Below are positions 18,924-35,337 of a DNA stretch of 64,000 bases, piece after piece. Every line of letters starts with the position of its first letter. The first letter of the stretch is position 1. Position numbers and translations under genes: made by a program. This DNA comes from an uncultured Gammaproteobacteria bacterium (lineage in GTDB: Bacteria > Pseudomonadota > Gammaproteobacteria > Steroidobacterales > Steroidobacteraceae), in NCBI GenBank assembly GCA_963823235.1, contig CAWGKS010000017.1, forward strand, positions 5,050 through 69,049. The letters run 5' to 3'. The notes beneath the pieces are model-generated. The model ran no database searches. It was not told the origin of the DNA and saw nothing but the letters and a program-made list of their open reading frames with translations.

Positions 18924-19170
18924 TCATGCCGATCTCGGACCACGGGCCCCAATGGATCGTCTGGGCCGCCCGTCCCTGGCTTCGCCTCAGCCAGGCCAGA
19001 CGATCGAGGAAGGCGTTCGCGGCCGCGTAGTTGCCCTGCCCCGGGTTGCCCATCAGCGAGGCGGTGGAGGAGAAGCTGATGAAGAAGTCGAGGTCGAGAT
19101 GCTTCGTTGCGAGGTGCAGGTTCAGGGCGCCGACGGCCTTGGGTCCGAACACTGACGGCGAACTGGTCAT
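18526..19170 (-). CDS. PKS fragment 5: C-terminal half of ketoreductase
   Basis: ...FGPKAVGALNLH...FFISFSSTASLMGNPGQGNYAAANAFLDRLAWLRR...WGPWSEIGM... Confidence 0.75.
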   Translation of the reverse strand: MTSSPSVFGPKAVGALNLHLATKHLDLDFFISFSSTASLMGNPGQGNYAAANAFLDRLAWLRRSQGRAAQTIHWGPWSEIGMSATAQGQRSFDFGVGKIPPARGVEALGTVSELDVPEVAVMPMDWGTFMARLADRANGSLSGDHSPDGGAGSSTGFRRGRATRKTPGCHARGTPGTHHVLYCGRAGQGAGDRSRGAAAGPAAQHRGSRLTDGP

Positions 19171-19696
19171 CGTCCATGGTGGCCAGGATACCGTCCGCCA
19201 GGGTTCCGGCCGCGTGCACGATCCCCCGCAGTGGCGGCAAGGTGGTGTCGATCTGGGCGATGACGGCCTCGACCTGTACGCTGAGCGCCATGTCAGCCGC
19301 CAGTAGCGTCACCTGCGCGCCGGCCGCCTCCACCCGACGTGCGGTCTCGCGCGCCGCGTCGGATCCCGGGTCGCGCCCCAGCAGTACGAGATGGCGCGCG
19401 CCGCGCAGCGCCATCCATTCCGCCACTCGCGAGCCGAGGCCACGCAGTCCGCCCGTGATCAGGTACGTCGCATCACCCCGGAAGCTCAACCCGTCGTCCG
19501 GCTCGTCCACCGCGTTGTTGTCCATCGCGAGGACGACCTTGCCGATGTTGCGGGCCTGAGCCGAGTATCGGAAGGCGCTGACGGCCAACTGAATCGGAAA
19601 CACGGTCTTGGGCAGGGGCCGGTAGCAGCCCGGATTCGAAGCCCGCGTAGATCTCGGCCAGGAGGCTCGCGTACACCGGCGGCTTGTCGCGACCAA
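18536..19696 (-). CDS. PKS fragment 4: ER C-terminus + N-terminal half of ketoreductase
   Basis: ...RPLPKTVFPIQLAVSAFRYSAQARNIGKVVLAM..., then the KR Rossmann motif YLITGGLRGLGSRVAEWMALRGARHLVLLGR. Homology ends at ...ATMDDDQF. Confidence 0.75.
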   Translation of the reverse strand: MVATSRRCTRASWPRSTRASNPGCYRPLPKTVFPIQLAVSAFRYSAQARNIGKVVLAMDNNAVDEPDDGLSFRGDATYLITGGLRGLGSRVAEWMALRGARHLVLLGRDPGSDAARETARRVEAAGAQVTLLAADMALSVQVEAVIAQIDTTLPPLRGIVHAAGTLADGILATMDDDQFAVSVRTQGRRRPEPAPRNEASRPRLLHQLLLHRLADGQPGAGQLRGRERLPRSSGLAEAKPGTGGPDDPLGPVVRDRHECHRAGTAELRFRGGQDSAGPRRRGAGHRVRTGRPRGRRHAHGLGDVHGASGRPRERIPFWRSFARRWCWKFNRIPPRPRYAKNSWLPRQRNAWDSSRPLLRPSWPRCWRSIPRRCRWTSRSTPWVSTH

Positions 19697-20298
19697 GGCG
19701 GTTCATGTCCACGGCGAAGAAGGACAGGTTATTGCGGAACGGCCAGAGGCCGATCTTGGAGTTCGCATAGATGTCGCGCTTGCCGATCTCCACGAAGCGG
19801 CCGTACGGGGCCAGGATCGAGATGCTGGCCGGAATGAAGTCGCCCGCCAGATGGTTCAGGACGACATCGACGCCACGCCCACCCGTCGCTGCCCTGATTT
19901 CGTCCGCGAACGCGAGTGATCGCGAGTCATACACGTGCTCGATACCCATCGAGCGGACGTACTCGCGTTTGCTCTCGCTCGCGGTTGCAAAGATTTCGGC
20001 GCCGATCGCCTGGGCGATCTGGATGGCGGCCTGACCGACGCCACCGGCGGCAGCGTGGATCAGCACCTTCTCGCCGCGCTCGAGGCGCGCCAGGCGCCTC
20101 AGCGCGTACAGGGCCGCGGTGAACGCGACCGGCAGTGTGGCCGCGTCCTCGAAAGAAATCGTGCTCGGCTTGCGCAGCACGAGATCCGAGCGTGTGGAGG
20201 TAACGCTGCCGAACGCCGCCGGTGCGACACCGAACACTTCGTCGCCAACGCGCAGGTCCACGCCTTCGCCGACCGCGACGATGCGGCCCGCGAACTCG

Positions 20299-26887
<6,589 letters not shown>

Positions 26888-27020
26888 CTGATCCCCGTAG
26901 CGGGAGACTGGCCATGCCGGTTCTTAGTGGCGAATGTGGCTCACCAAAGGATAGCCGAAGGACCCGCTGGATGGATATAACGTTGGCGCAATACGTGTTT
27001 CGCCGCCCCGCCTGTGAGCC

Positions 27021-27845
27021 TCACGCCGATTCGCGCGCCGCCAGCGGCTCCAGCAACTCATCACTGACGAGCGGAATGCAGCTTCGGCATATCAACTCTG
27101 GTCTCATCGGCGACCCATGGCGAACGCAAAGCGCCAATACATGATCTGCCGAAGGACGGAATTGCCAGAATTTCCATAGCTCCGGACGGTCTTGCAAGGA
27201 CGCTTCGATCGCGAGCTGTACGCAGCGATCGCCCTCAAGCCGAAAACTGAATTGATCAAGCGGGATCGACAGGCCCAGGCCACGGGCCTTTATGTACGCT
27301 TCCTTGAGTGTCCAGAGTTCATAAATCCTGTCGCTCTGCCGATTCTCCGGCAAAGCGTGCAGCGCCAGAATTTCCTGTGGCGCGAAGTAGCGACTTGCCA
27401 CTGCCGCTGGCGCCGGACTGGCGCGCACCTCCTCTACGTCGACGCCCACGGCCGGTGCGCGCGCTACCGCGACGACTACCAGGCCGCGGGTATGGGAAAC
27501 ACTGAAGCGCAATGGCATTGATGACGGATCAGTATTCGCGATTTCCGGACGACCGTAGCCATTGGTCGCAAACTGCCAGGCCCGCGGCGGGATGCGCGCG
27601 TATTTTGACAGGACTGTGCGCACCATTGCGCGAGTGACCAGGTAGGAGTGTCGATCGGCCGAAAATCTGAATTGCGCCTGTTGCTTGCGCTCCTCAGCGT
27701 TCAGCAGCAGGCGATAGGCGTCCAGCAATGCGGCTTCGTGCATACCCGGCAAGAAACCGAGCCAGGCATGAACTTCGTTGTCGTGGAGCTGCTCGGTAAC
27801 GCTGCGATGGGCTTCAATAGTTCGCAATGCGAGTCCGCTCGCCAT
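27021..27845 (-). CDS. Sfp-type 4'-phosphopantetheinyl transferase
   Basis: 274 aa with ...FSVSHTRGLVVVAV...VGVDVEEV...WTLKEAYIKARGLGLS... motifs. Lies 133 bp upstream of the PKS start on the same strand. Confidence 0.85.
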   Translation of the reverse strand: MASGLALRTIEAHRSVTEQLHDNEVHAWLGFLPGMHEAALLDAYRLLLNAEERKQQAQFRFSADRHSYLVTRAMVRTVLSKYARIPPRAWQFATNGYGRPEIANTDPSSMPLRFSVSHTRGLVVVAVARAPAVGVDVEEVRASPAPAAVASRYFAPQEILALHALPENRQSDRIYELWTLKEAYIKARGLGLSIPLDQFSFRLEGDRCVQLAIEASLQDRPELWKFWQFRPSADHVLALCVRHGSPMRPELICRSCIPLVSDELLEPLAARESA

Positions 27846-27853
27846 CGATCAGG

Positions 27854-30250
27854 CTACTTTGCCGCGGCGTCGCGGGGAACAAGGCCTAACACGTATAGGG
27901 CCTTGCCAGGCAGGAATGGCGTCGGCGCTCCCTTCACCCATGCTGCGTGTCCCGCGCCCCAGAATGGCGAGAGCGGATTGCCGCTTTGCCCGCCAGGCAT
28001 GTGGATGATGCCTTTTTCCTCGTGGCCCGGTGATACCACCATGCGCTCTGACGCGCCGAAGTCGGAATCGGCAACGCGCGGCATGTTGATATCGCCCGGC
28101 AGCGGATCACCGGGCATGCATAGCAGTGATCTTGCGAAGCCGGGCAGGGCTTTGGCGAGCGGATGACAGATGTCTGCAGTGTTGCGCTCGCCCCAGCTGC
28201 GATCCTGCAGTGGCCCAATTTTCTTTAGTGCAGCTTCCACCGATTGTGCCGCGTCGAGCAACAGCGCGTCCCAGCTGGCAAATTTTCGCGGCAGCAGATT
28301 TGCCGGGCGCTGGGATACCAGTTGCCAGGCGACGCCCTCGATCTGCGGCAGATCCGGCATCACAAAATCCTTGCCCAGCTGCGCCATCGCGGGCGCCAGC
28401 AAGCCCAGCTTGATTCGCCCGACCACTGCCTCGCGCCAGTCATGAACCAGCCGGTAGCTCACTGAACTGGTGGCAGCGCGGCCCGACCAGTCGCGTGTGG
28501 CCAATTCGAAAGCCATCCAGGTGGGATCCTTCGAGCCCTGCGCCTGCGCCCGCAACAATTCCCACCAGCGCTGCAGGAACAGCGCTCGGTCATCCAGCTG
28601 GATCGCCAGCAGATCGCGTTCGGCGAATTGCTGCTGGGCAAACAGGTCATCGCGGATCTGCCGCGCGCGAGCGCCATTGTCGTATCCGGCATCACCGACC
28701 ATCTTCAGCGCATCGCCGGTCAGCGTGCGTGCATTGGCGGTCCATAGTCGATCGCTTGCCGGGTCCAGGATCGAAGGATTCTCGCTCGGTGCCCGCCAGC
28801 CTTGCCACTCGCATCCCGCCAGCGGATCCACCGGCGCCTGGATGTCGCAATCACCAACCCGGTTTGGCATCTGCGCCGTAAGTCGCCAGGCAATGCGACC
28901 GGCGGCATCAGCGATCATCATGTTTTGCGCCGGCATGCCGATGTCGCCCGCGCGCCTGAGGGCGTCGTCGATATTCGCCGCGCTAGCCATCCCGGCAAGG
29001 TTGAGATTGATGGAATTGGTTTGGTGCGCGGCCCAGCGCAGAGCCAGTGAAGTCGTTGCATTTAATTCAATGGTGACCGGCCCCCACTGCGTCTCGCGTA
29101 TCGTGAAATCGACGGCGGGCGCGTCCTTGACCAGTATCTTCTCGTGCACGATGTCAGTGGCGCGCTCGCCCTGCGCGCTGCGATAGCGCGAGTGCGCAGT
29201 GTCGGTCCACTCGACCCGGTAAAAATCCGACCAATCGCCATAGGAGTTCGTGAATCCCCAGGCCACCTGCCGGTTGCTGCCGACGATGACGGCGGGAATG
29301 CCTGGCAGCGTGAATCCGCTGACGTCGACCTTGCCAGCGGGCGCGGCGGCATCGCCGTAGAGCAGTCGCGCGCGAAACCAGATGTTCGGCGCGCGCAGGG
29401 TCAGGTGCATGTCGTTGGCGACGATGGCACGGTGATCGCTCGTCAGCGCGCCGGCGACGGCGAAATTGTTGCTGCCCGGGGCTGCGGGTTCCGCATAGTC
29501 CGTTGCGGCAGCAGGCGTAGGCGCTGGCAACTTACGCAGGTCGAGCAGCTCGGCGCCGGGGAGCGCAACGTTGCCCCGGGCCGGGCCGACCAGCGGCGCG
29601 TCCCACTCGGTGCCGTCCGAATTGATGATCTTGTACAGGGCATCGGGAACCGCCTGGCGAATTTTCCACAGCGCCAGCTCGCGCGAGTTGGCGTCGTTCT
29701 GCAGATCGAAAAACATCGCATAGCCGGCCAGGACGGAATCGGCCGGCGACCAGGCTCGCGGTTGCGCGCCAAGCAGCAGGTAAGGCCAGGGTCGCGAGCG
29801 CAGCTGGGCGAGTCCGGCATTGACGCCGGCGCTGTACGCGCTCAATACGGGCATCCTCTCGCCAGCCACCGCCTGCAGGTTCTGCTCGACACGCGTACGC
29901 AGCCGGTGCACGCGAATAGATTTGTCTTTATTGAGCGCAATGGCGCCAAACAACTCGGACAATTCCCCACTGGCCGCGCGTCGCAGCAGATCCATTTCGA
30001 AAAAGCGCTCCTGGCCATGGACGTAGCCCAGCGCACGGGCGGCATCGATTTCATTGGCGGCGTGGATGGTGACGACGCCGAGCGAGTCGCGTTCGATGCT
30101 GACTGGCGCGCTCAAGGCGGGCATCGACACCTCACCTTCCAGCTGCGCCAGGCTGCCGCGCAGCGCCCACCAGCCTGAGAATGCGGCCATGGCCAGCAGC
30201 AACAGCAGCAGGCATGAAAACCGCAGGAACCAGCGCACAGCTCTGGTCAC
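27854..30250 (-). CDS. Ntn-hydrolase acylase of the penicillin-amidase family (PvdQ/QuiP/AHL-acylase-like), exported
   Basis: 798 aa with an N-terminal membrane/signal segment. The autoprocessing site context ...PGSNNFAVAG... supplies the Ser nucleophile. Conserved blocks are typical of the S45 family. Confidence 0.8.
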   Translation of the reverse strand: MTRAVRWFLRFSCLLLLLLAMAAFSGWWALRGSLAQLEGEVSMPALSAPVSIERDSLGVVTIHAANEIDAARALGYVHGQERFFEMDLLRRAASGELSELFGAIALNKDKSIRVHRLRTRVEQNLQAVAGERMPVLSAYSAGVNAGLAQLRSRPWPYLLLGAQPRAWSPADSVLAGYAMFFDLQNDANSRELALWKIRQAVPDALYKIINSDGTEWDAPLVGPARGNVALPGAELLDLRKLPAPTPAAATDYAEPAAPGSNNFAVAGALTSDHRAIVANDMHLTLRAPNIWFRARLLYGDAAAPAGKVDVSGFTLPGIPAVIVGSNRQVAWGFTNSYGDWSDFYRVEWTDTAHSRYRSAQGERATDIVHEKILVKDAPAVDFTIRETQWGPVTIELNATTSLALRWAAHQTNSINLNLAGMASAANIDDALRRAGDIGMPAQNMMIADAAGRIAWRLTAQMPNRVGDCDIQAPVDPLAGCEWQGWRAPSENPSILDPASDRLWTANARTLTGDALKMVGDAGYDNGARARQIRDDLFAQQQFAERDLLAIQLDDRALFLQRWWELLRAQAQGSKDPTWMAFELATRDWSGRAATSSVSYRLVHDWREAVVGRIKLGLLAPAMAQLGKDFVMPDLPQIEGVAWQLVSQRPANLLPRKFASWDALLLDAAQSVEAALKKIGPLQDRSWGERNTADICHPLAKALPGFARSLLCMPGDPLPGDINMPRVADSDFGASERMVVSPGHEEKGIIHMPGGQSGNPLSPFWGAGHAAWVKGAPTPFLPGKALYVLGLVPRDAAAK

Positions 30251-30798
30251 GACTTTGTCATCGGTACAAAGTTGATCGTCAGGCCATCGCCCAGCGGCCA
30301 GAGTATGGGTTCCCCGGCCACATAGCCGCGCGCCGCGTACAGCCGGACGCCCGGCAGCGTAGCCATCAGCTCAAATCGGGAAAATCCGCAAGTCCGGGCG
30401 TCCTGCTCGCAGCGATCGAGCAGGATGGTACCGATTCCGCGGCGCGCGAAGTCGGGATGAATGAAGAACGCCCGGATCTTCGCGGCCTCGGTACGTGGGT
30501 CCAGCTCGGTCGCGTCGCGGTCTGCGCGCGCATCGCCCCCGAAGAGCGTCCGACGTCGGCTCCAGCCGCCGCAACCGACCAATTGAGCGCCGTGCTCGAC
30601 CAGAAAATACGTGCCATCGTGTATCAATTGCGTATCGACGCCAAATGCGCCGCGCAATGCCCCCTCGATCTGCTCAGGGCTGTAGTCGCTGGCACTGAGC
30701 GCTCGCGCTGAGAGCGCGATGAGCCGTTCAATCTCAGCCAGATCACTGAGTATTGCGTGGCGAAGGTGAAAACTCTGAGGAGGCAAGGGGGTACCCAA
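30247..30798 (-). CDS. GNAT-family N-acetyltransferase
   Basis: 183 aa. Acetyl-CoA-binding motif ...FFIHPDFARRGIGTILLDRCE... Its stop overlaps the acylase GTG start (GTGA). Confidence 0.75.
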   Translation of the reverse strand: MGTPLPPQSFHLRHAILSDLAEIERLIALSARALSASDYSPEQIEGALRGAFGVDTQLIHDGTYFLVEHGAQLVGCGGWSRRRTLFGGDARADRDATELDPRTEAAKIRAFFIHPDFARRGIGTILLDRCEQDARTCGFSRFELMATLPGVRLYAARGYVAGEPILWPLGDGLTINFVPMTKS

Positions 30799-30942
30799 AG
30801 ATCGTTCTTATTCCTGCATACATACCCAAGCGCCCGGCGCGCGTCAACACAGGCACGCCAGCAGTAGTATTCCATGTAGTCACTGGCGGCCACGCGGGGA
30901 GAATTGGGGGTGCGCATGATCACGCCTGGATAATTTCTGGTC

Positions 30943-31444
30943 GTGATGGACGCGTTCGGCAGCATGACCCCGGCAATGGCGCTGGCGACTGAAGTCGATC
31001 AGAAAAGCGATTTCCGGGTCCGCTTCGTGGGACCCAAAGTTGGCAATCGTATCGCCGCCGACGCCGCAGTAGCGGGCGATCCGAGCGTGTACTACGCCGG
31101 CGCCGCCGCTGGTATTGAACGACGCCCAGGAACGGCAGAAACAGCAGCTGCTCACGGCGGCCGAGGACCTGGACGCCAGGCTGCAGGCGGTCGAGTCGCG
31201 CCTGGTGTCGCGGGCCCTGCGCAATAGCGATGACAAGTATTTCGTCGAGCCCTATGGGACCTATGTTGATCTGATCTCGCTCAATGCCGAGGTCGGCACG
31301 GGTGGTGGCGACGTCGCGGGCAGCGCTGATTTCGCGCCCCGAGCGACGCAGCTGGACCTGCTGACGAGCTATGAGGCTGACATGGCGAGTGCCGACTCGG
31401 CTTTTCGGCAAATCCTGAGAGATGAGCTGCTGCCGGTTCGATAA
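30943..31444 (+). pseudogene. 3' remnant of a larger exported protein gene (possibly BNR/VPS10-repeat family C-terminus), frameshifted
   Basis: Two ORF pieces (30943..31227, 31115..31444) read like the C-terminal ~150 aa of a much larger protein (...LRNSDDKYFVEPYGTYVDLISLNAEVGTGGGDVAGSADFAPRATQLDLL...). There is no N-terminal part or start context. The family call is from memory only. Confidence 0.25.
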
Positions 31445-31695
31445 AGCCCTGGAAAGCGCGAACTTCGCACCGCTAATTGGGGGCGTGGGAGCGCCCCAGG
31501 GGGAAACCGGGTGCTTGCTGCAAAGTTGGTGGCGGCGCGATGTACGTTGCAAATTAATCACTGCACACCTAAAATCGGCCCGGATTGAGGAAGATGGCGT
31601 TGCTTATTTGCAACGAATGATCGGGGGAGTCAGTGAGCACGTGCGCCCTCATGGCAGCCGTGGAAGAAACTTTGTCGTTTTTCGGGAGATTATTC

Positions 31696-34382
31696 ATGAA
31701 GATTCTGCGAATTTTCGGGGCCGCATCGGTCCTGGTACTGGGCATGACGCTGGGTGTGCCTATGGCTGTTGCCCAGGAGAAGCCCGCCAGCACGGCAGCC
31801 GCTGACGTGGCCCCCGCCGATGAAGCCTCTGAAATCATTATCACCGGCACGCGCCGCCCGACCGCACGGTGACCGATTCCGCTCGCCCATCGACGTCATC
31901 TCGAGCGCCGAGCTGCGCGCGCAGCCCGCCGCGAACATGCTGGATACCAGATCAAGAACGTGGTGCCGTCGTTCGTCGTCGGCCAGAACACCATCTCGGA
32001 TGCGTCAAGCCTCGTGCGCGCGCCATCGCTGCGCGGCCTGCCCTCGGATGAAATCCTCGTGATGCTCAACGGCAAGCGCTTCAACCGCTCGGCACTCGTC
32101 CAGGTGTATACCGGCGGGGACACCGAGCTCGCGTTCGGCTCGCAGGGATCCGACCTTTCCTCGATCCCCTCGATCGCGACCAAGAGCCTCGAAGTGTTGC
32201 GCGACGGCGCCACCGCCCAGTACGGCTCGGATGCCATCGCCGGAGTATTCAATTTCGGTCTTCGTGACGATGCGGGTTCGAGAGTGCAGGCCCGTTATGG
32301 CCAGTACCAGGACCATGGCGACGGCGAAAGTTACCAGGTGTCGGCGAACTACGGCCTGAAGTTCAGCAAGGGCTTCATCAACCTCTCGGGCGAGTATGAC
32401 GACGACGCCCAGACGAGCCGCGGAGTGACGCGCCCGATCGCGGTCACCTTCGCCGAGGAGAATCCGGCTCTCGCCAGCCAGCTGCCCAACTATCCCCTGC
32501 CGGTCCAGATCTGGGGTCAGTCTCCGACCCACGGCTACAAGTTCCGTGCAACTCCGCGTTCGATGTGACGGACAACAGCAAGATCTACCTGTTCGGCAAC
32601 TAGCCAACAGCAAGACCGACGAAAGCTTCAACTTTCGCTCCTCGGTCGTCGGTAACCCGGCCTTTCACGAACACGGCCGGCGGCGTAGACAATATTGGTG
32701 GCCGATCCTTCTTCCAGCACCCGTACTCGGCGCCGTCCAACCGGCAACGCAACCTGTCCGGCCGATGGGTACGTTCAGGACGCCAATACCTTCATGCTGA
32801 GCTCGATTTATCCGGCCGGCTTTTTACCGCGGTTTGTCGGTGAGTCTGATCAGGTGTTCGGATCGCTGGGATACAAGGGGAATACCACTAGCGGTCTCAC
32901 CTACGACCTGTCGGTATCGTCGAGCCGCAATTCGATCGACCTCTCGATGTATGCACTCGATCAGCCCCTCGTTCGGTGCCGCCTCGCAGACGAGCTTCTG
33001 AGTTCGGCAAGACGATCCAGAAGGAATCCGACGCCAACCTCGATCTCACCTATCCCATTGAAGCCGGGTTGGCCAGCCCGCTGACCCTGTCGGGCGGCGC
33101 CGAGTACCGCAAAGAGGAGTACACATCGACGGCGGGTGATGTCCAGTCGTACGGCTCAGGCCCGTACGCCGCCCCGCACCCGCTTTACGTTGAGCCGCGT
33201 CGCCGGGCGTCTTTGCGCCGACCGGCACCTTCACGGCCGTCAGAGATCTCGGGCAGCGAGCGGCTACGGTGGTACGCAGCCCGACCTACGCGGGTATCGA
33301 GCAGCCAGAGCAGCCACGGCGATCTACGTTGGCCTGGAAGGCGACTGTCCTCAAGCAGCTCAGCATGGGTGTGGCCGCCCGCTACGAGAGTTATGACAGC
33401 TTTGGCTCTAGCCACGGTCGGCAAATTCAATACCATCTGGCACACGAGCGACACGGTGGCGCTGCGTTTCACGGTCGGTACCGGCTTTCATGCGCCGTCG
33501 CCGGGACAGAATAACGTCCAGGTACTCACGACGTCCTTCAGCCAGGGCGTTTCGCTGCAGCAGGGCACTTTCCCGGTCACCAGCGTAGTGGCGCAGTACT
33601 ACGGCGCCATACCACTCAAGCCCGAGAAGTCAACCAACTACGGCGTCGGTATCGTGCTGACACCCTCCAGCGCCTTCACGACCACAATCGACTACTACGA
33701 GATCAAGGTTCGTGACCGCATCTTCATCTCGAAGAGCTACCCCGTGACCCTTGCCGACATCGCTCGCTCTGCCGGAACTCGCGTCGGTCGGCGCAGGCGG
33801 CACGGTCCAATACTTTACGAACTCCCTGGACACCAAGACGAAAGGTGTCGACCTGGTCGGCACCTATCACGTGAATGTCGCCGACAGCAGGTTCAACGTG
33901 TCACTTGCCTACAACTACAACAAGAGCGAGGCCACGAAGTATGACTTGGCAGGCGATCGCCACCTACCAGATCATCGACATTCAGCATCTCGCGCCCAAC
34001 AATCGCGCGACCCTGGCGGGCAACTGGACGCGAGGCAACTTCGCGGCGAACCTGCGCGAGAACTACTTCGGCTCAATGGATCGATGCGAACGACTACCCG
34101 ACCGCGCACGACGCCGCTGGCAACGTCACGGCGGGACAGGAATTCGGCGCCAAGTTCACGACCGACTTCGACGTCAACTACACGTTCATGGATCACTACA
34201 CGGCGACGATCGGTGCGAGCAATTTGTTCAACACCTACCCGGACAAAATAATAGCCACTCCGGACAATCCGATCTACACGCTGACGGGCGGCTCGGAGGA
34301 CGGACAGGTGTATCCGCGTAACGGCGGTCCCTTTGGGATTAACGGTGCGTTCTGGTACGCCAGTATCAGGGTCAAGTTCTGA
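31696..34382 (+). pseudogene. TonB-dependent outer-membrane receptor, at least ~10 frame changes
   Basis: Signal peptide MKILRIFGAASVLVLGMTLGVPMAVAQE. Plug motifs: IIITGTRR, SLRGLPSDEILVMLNGKRFN, EVLRDGATAQYGSDAIAGVFNF. Barrel segments are scattered over ORFs 31633.., 31754.., 31960.., 32546.., 32695.., 32976.., 33751.., 33875.. and 34188... Canonical C-terminus ...GAFWYASIRVKF*. Confidence 0.85.
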
Positions 34383-34407
34383 TCGATCCGGCTGCGGCCG
34401 AGCAGTG

Positions 34408-34446
34408 GGCGGGAAGGCTGCGGCTTTCCCGCCCGTTTCTTTTTTG
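34408..34446. terminator. rho-independent terminator between convergent genes
   Basis: GGGCGGGAA-(9 nt loop)-TTCCCGCCC stem followed by TTTCTTTTTT. Located between the TonB-receptor stop (34382) and the TauE stop (34462). Confidence 0.8.
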
Positions 34447-34461
34447 CAATGCTGTGACGTT

Positions 34462-35337
34462 CTAAGGGCGTAGCTCGCATGCCGGTCGCCGCGCCGACCG
34501 TAGCATCATGATCGAAGCGTACGCGACCACCACGATGACGAGCCAGCGCAGCGCCGTCACCGGCAGTTGCTTGACGATGAACGCTGCGACCAGTACGCCG
34601 ATCACACCGCCGAGTATGAGACCGGTCGCCGGGCCCCACGCGAAGCGGCCCGTTTCCAGGAACCTCAGGCCCGCGACCGGCTGCACCAGTCCGCAGGCGC
34701 CCATCATGATGGGAAAGGCCGCGAGCGGATTCAGGCCGAGCAGCGCGAGCATGATCATGCACGGCGCGTAAAGGCCGATCCCGACGCTCATCAGGGCACC
34801 GAACACGAAGTTAGCACCGACCGCGAAATACAGCTGCCAGCCGGCGAGCGCCATCGCCGTGCCTCCGACCGGCAGGGCACCCAGATTCGACAATGCGAAG
34901 GTCGTCGCGGCGATCAGCAGTGCGATGCCCATGAACAGCTGGATCGCACGCCGCGGCAGCCGCGTCGCGACGCCGGCGCCGAACCAGGCGCCGAGCGCCG
35001 CGCTGCCCACCATCAGGACCAGCAGCAGCGGATCGACGGCTACGATCGTGACGAAAATGACGGTGTCGAGGACGGCTGCCGCGTTGTGGCCGATATTGAG
35101 CGTGCCCGGAATGAGTTCATCAGCGGGCTTGCCGCGCAGCTTGAAGATCGCCGTCGTCGGCGCGAACGAACCAATGCCGAGCGTATCGAAGAAATCGGTC
35201 ACGAAGCCGATCAGGATGTCGATGGGCGTCACCGACTCGCGCGTCGGATTGCGGCGCGCCGCGCGGATCCAGGCGAGTACGAAGGCGACGTTGACGAGGC
35301 CGAGAGCCGTGAACAGGATGAGCTTGGGAACACTCAC
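34462..35337 (-). CDS. TauE/SafE-family (DUF81) anion/sulfite exporter
   Basis: 291 aa with ~8 hydrophobic helices and an internal duplication with Gly-rich helices typical of the TauE/SafE family. The GTG start overlaps the stop of the upstream oxidoreductase (GTGA). Confidence 0.7.
   Translation of the reverse strand: MSVPKLILFTALGLVNVAFVLAWIRAARRNPTRESVTPIDILIGFVTDFFDTLGIGSFAPTTAIFKLRGKPADELIPGTLNIGHNAAAVLDTVIFVTIVAVDPLLLVLMVGSAALGAWFGAGVATRLPRRAIQLFMGIALLIAATTFALSNLGALPVGGTAMALAGWQLYFAVGANFVFGALMSVGIGLYAPCMIMLALLGLNPLAAFPIMMGACGLVQPVAGLRFLETGRFAWGPATGLILGGVIGVLVAAFIVKQLPVTALRWLVIVVVAYASIMMLRSARRPACELRP

Noticed and set aside
31445-31695. A cobalamin or TPP riboswitch upstream of the TonB-dependent receptor
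   Set aside because: A GGGAAACCGGGTGC-like stretch is present. However, I could not find a B12 box, a GCCACTG-type core or the TPP CUGAGA element.
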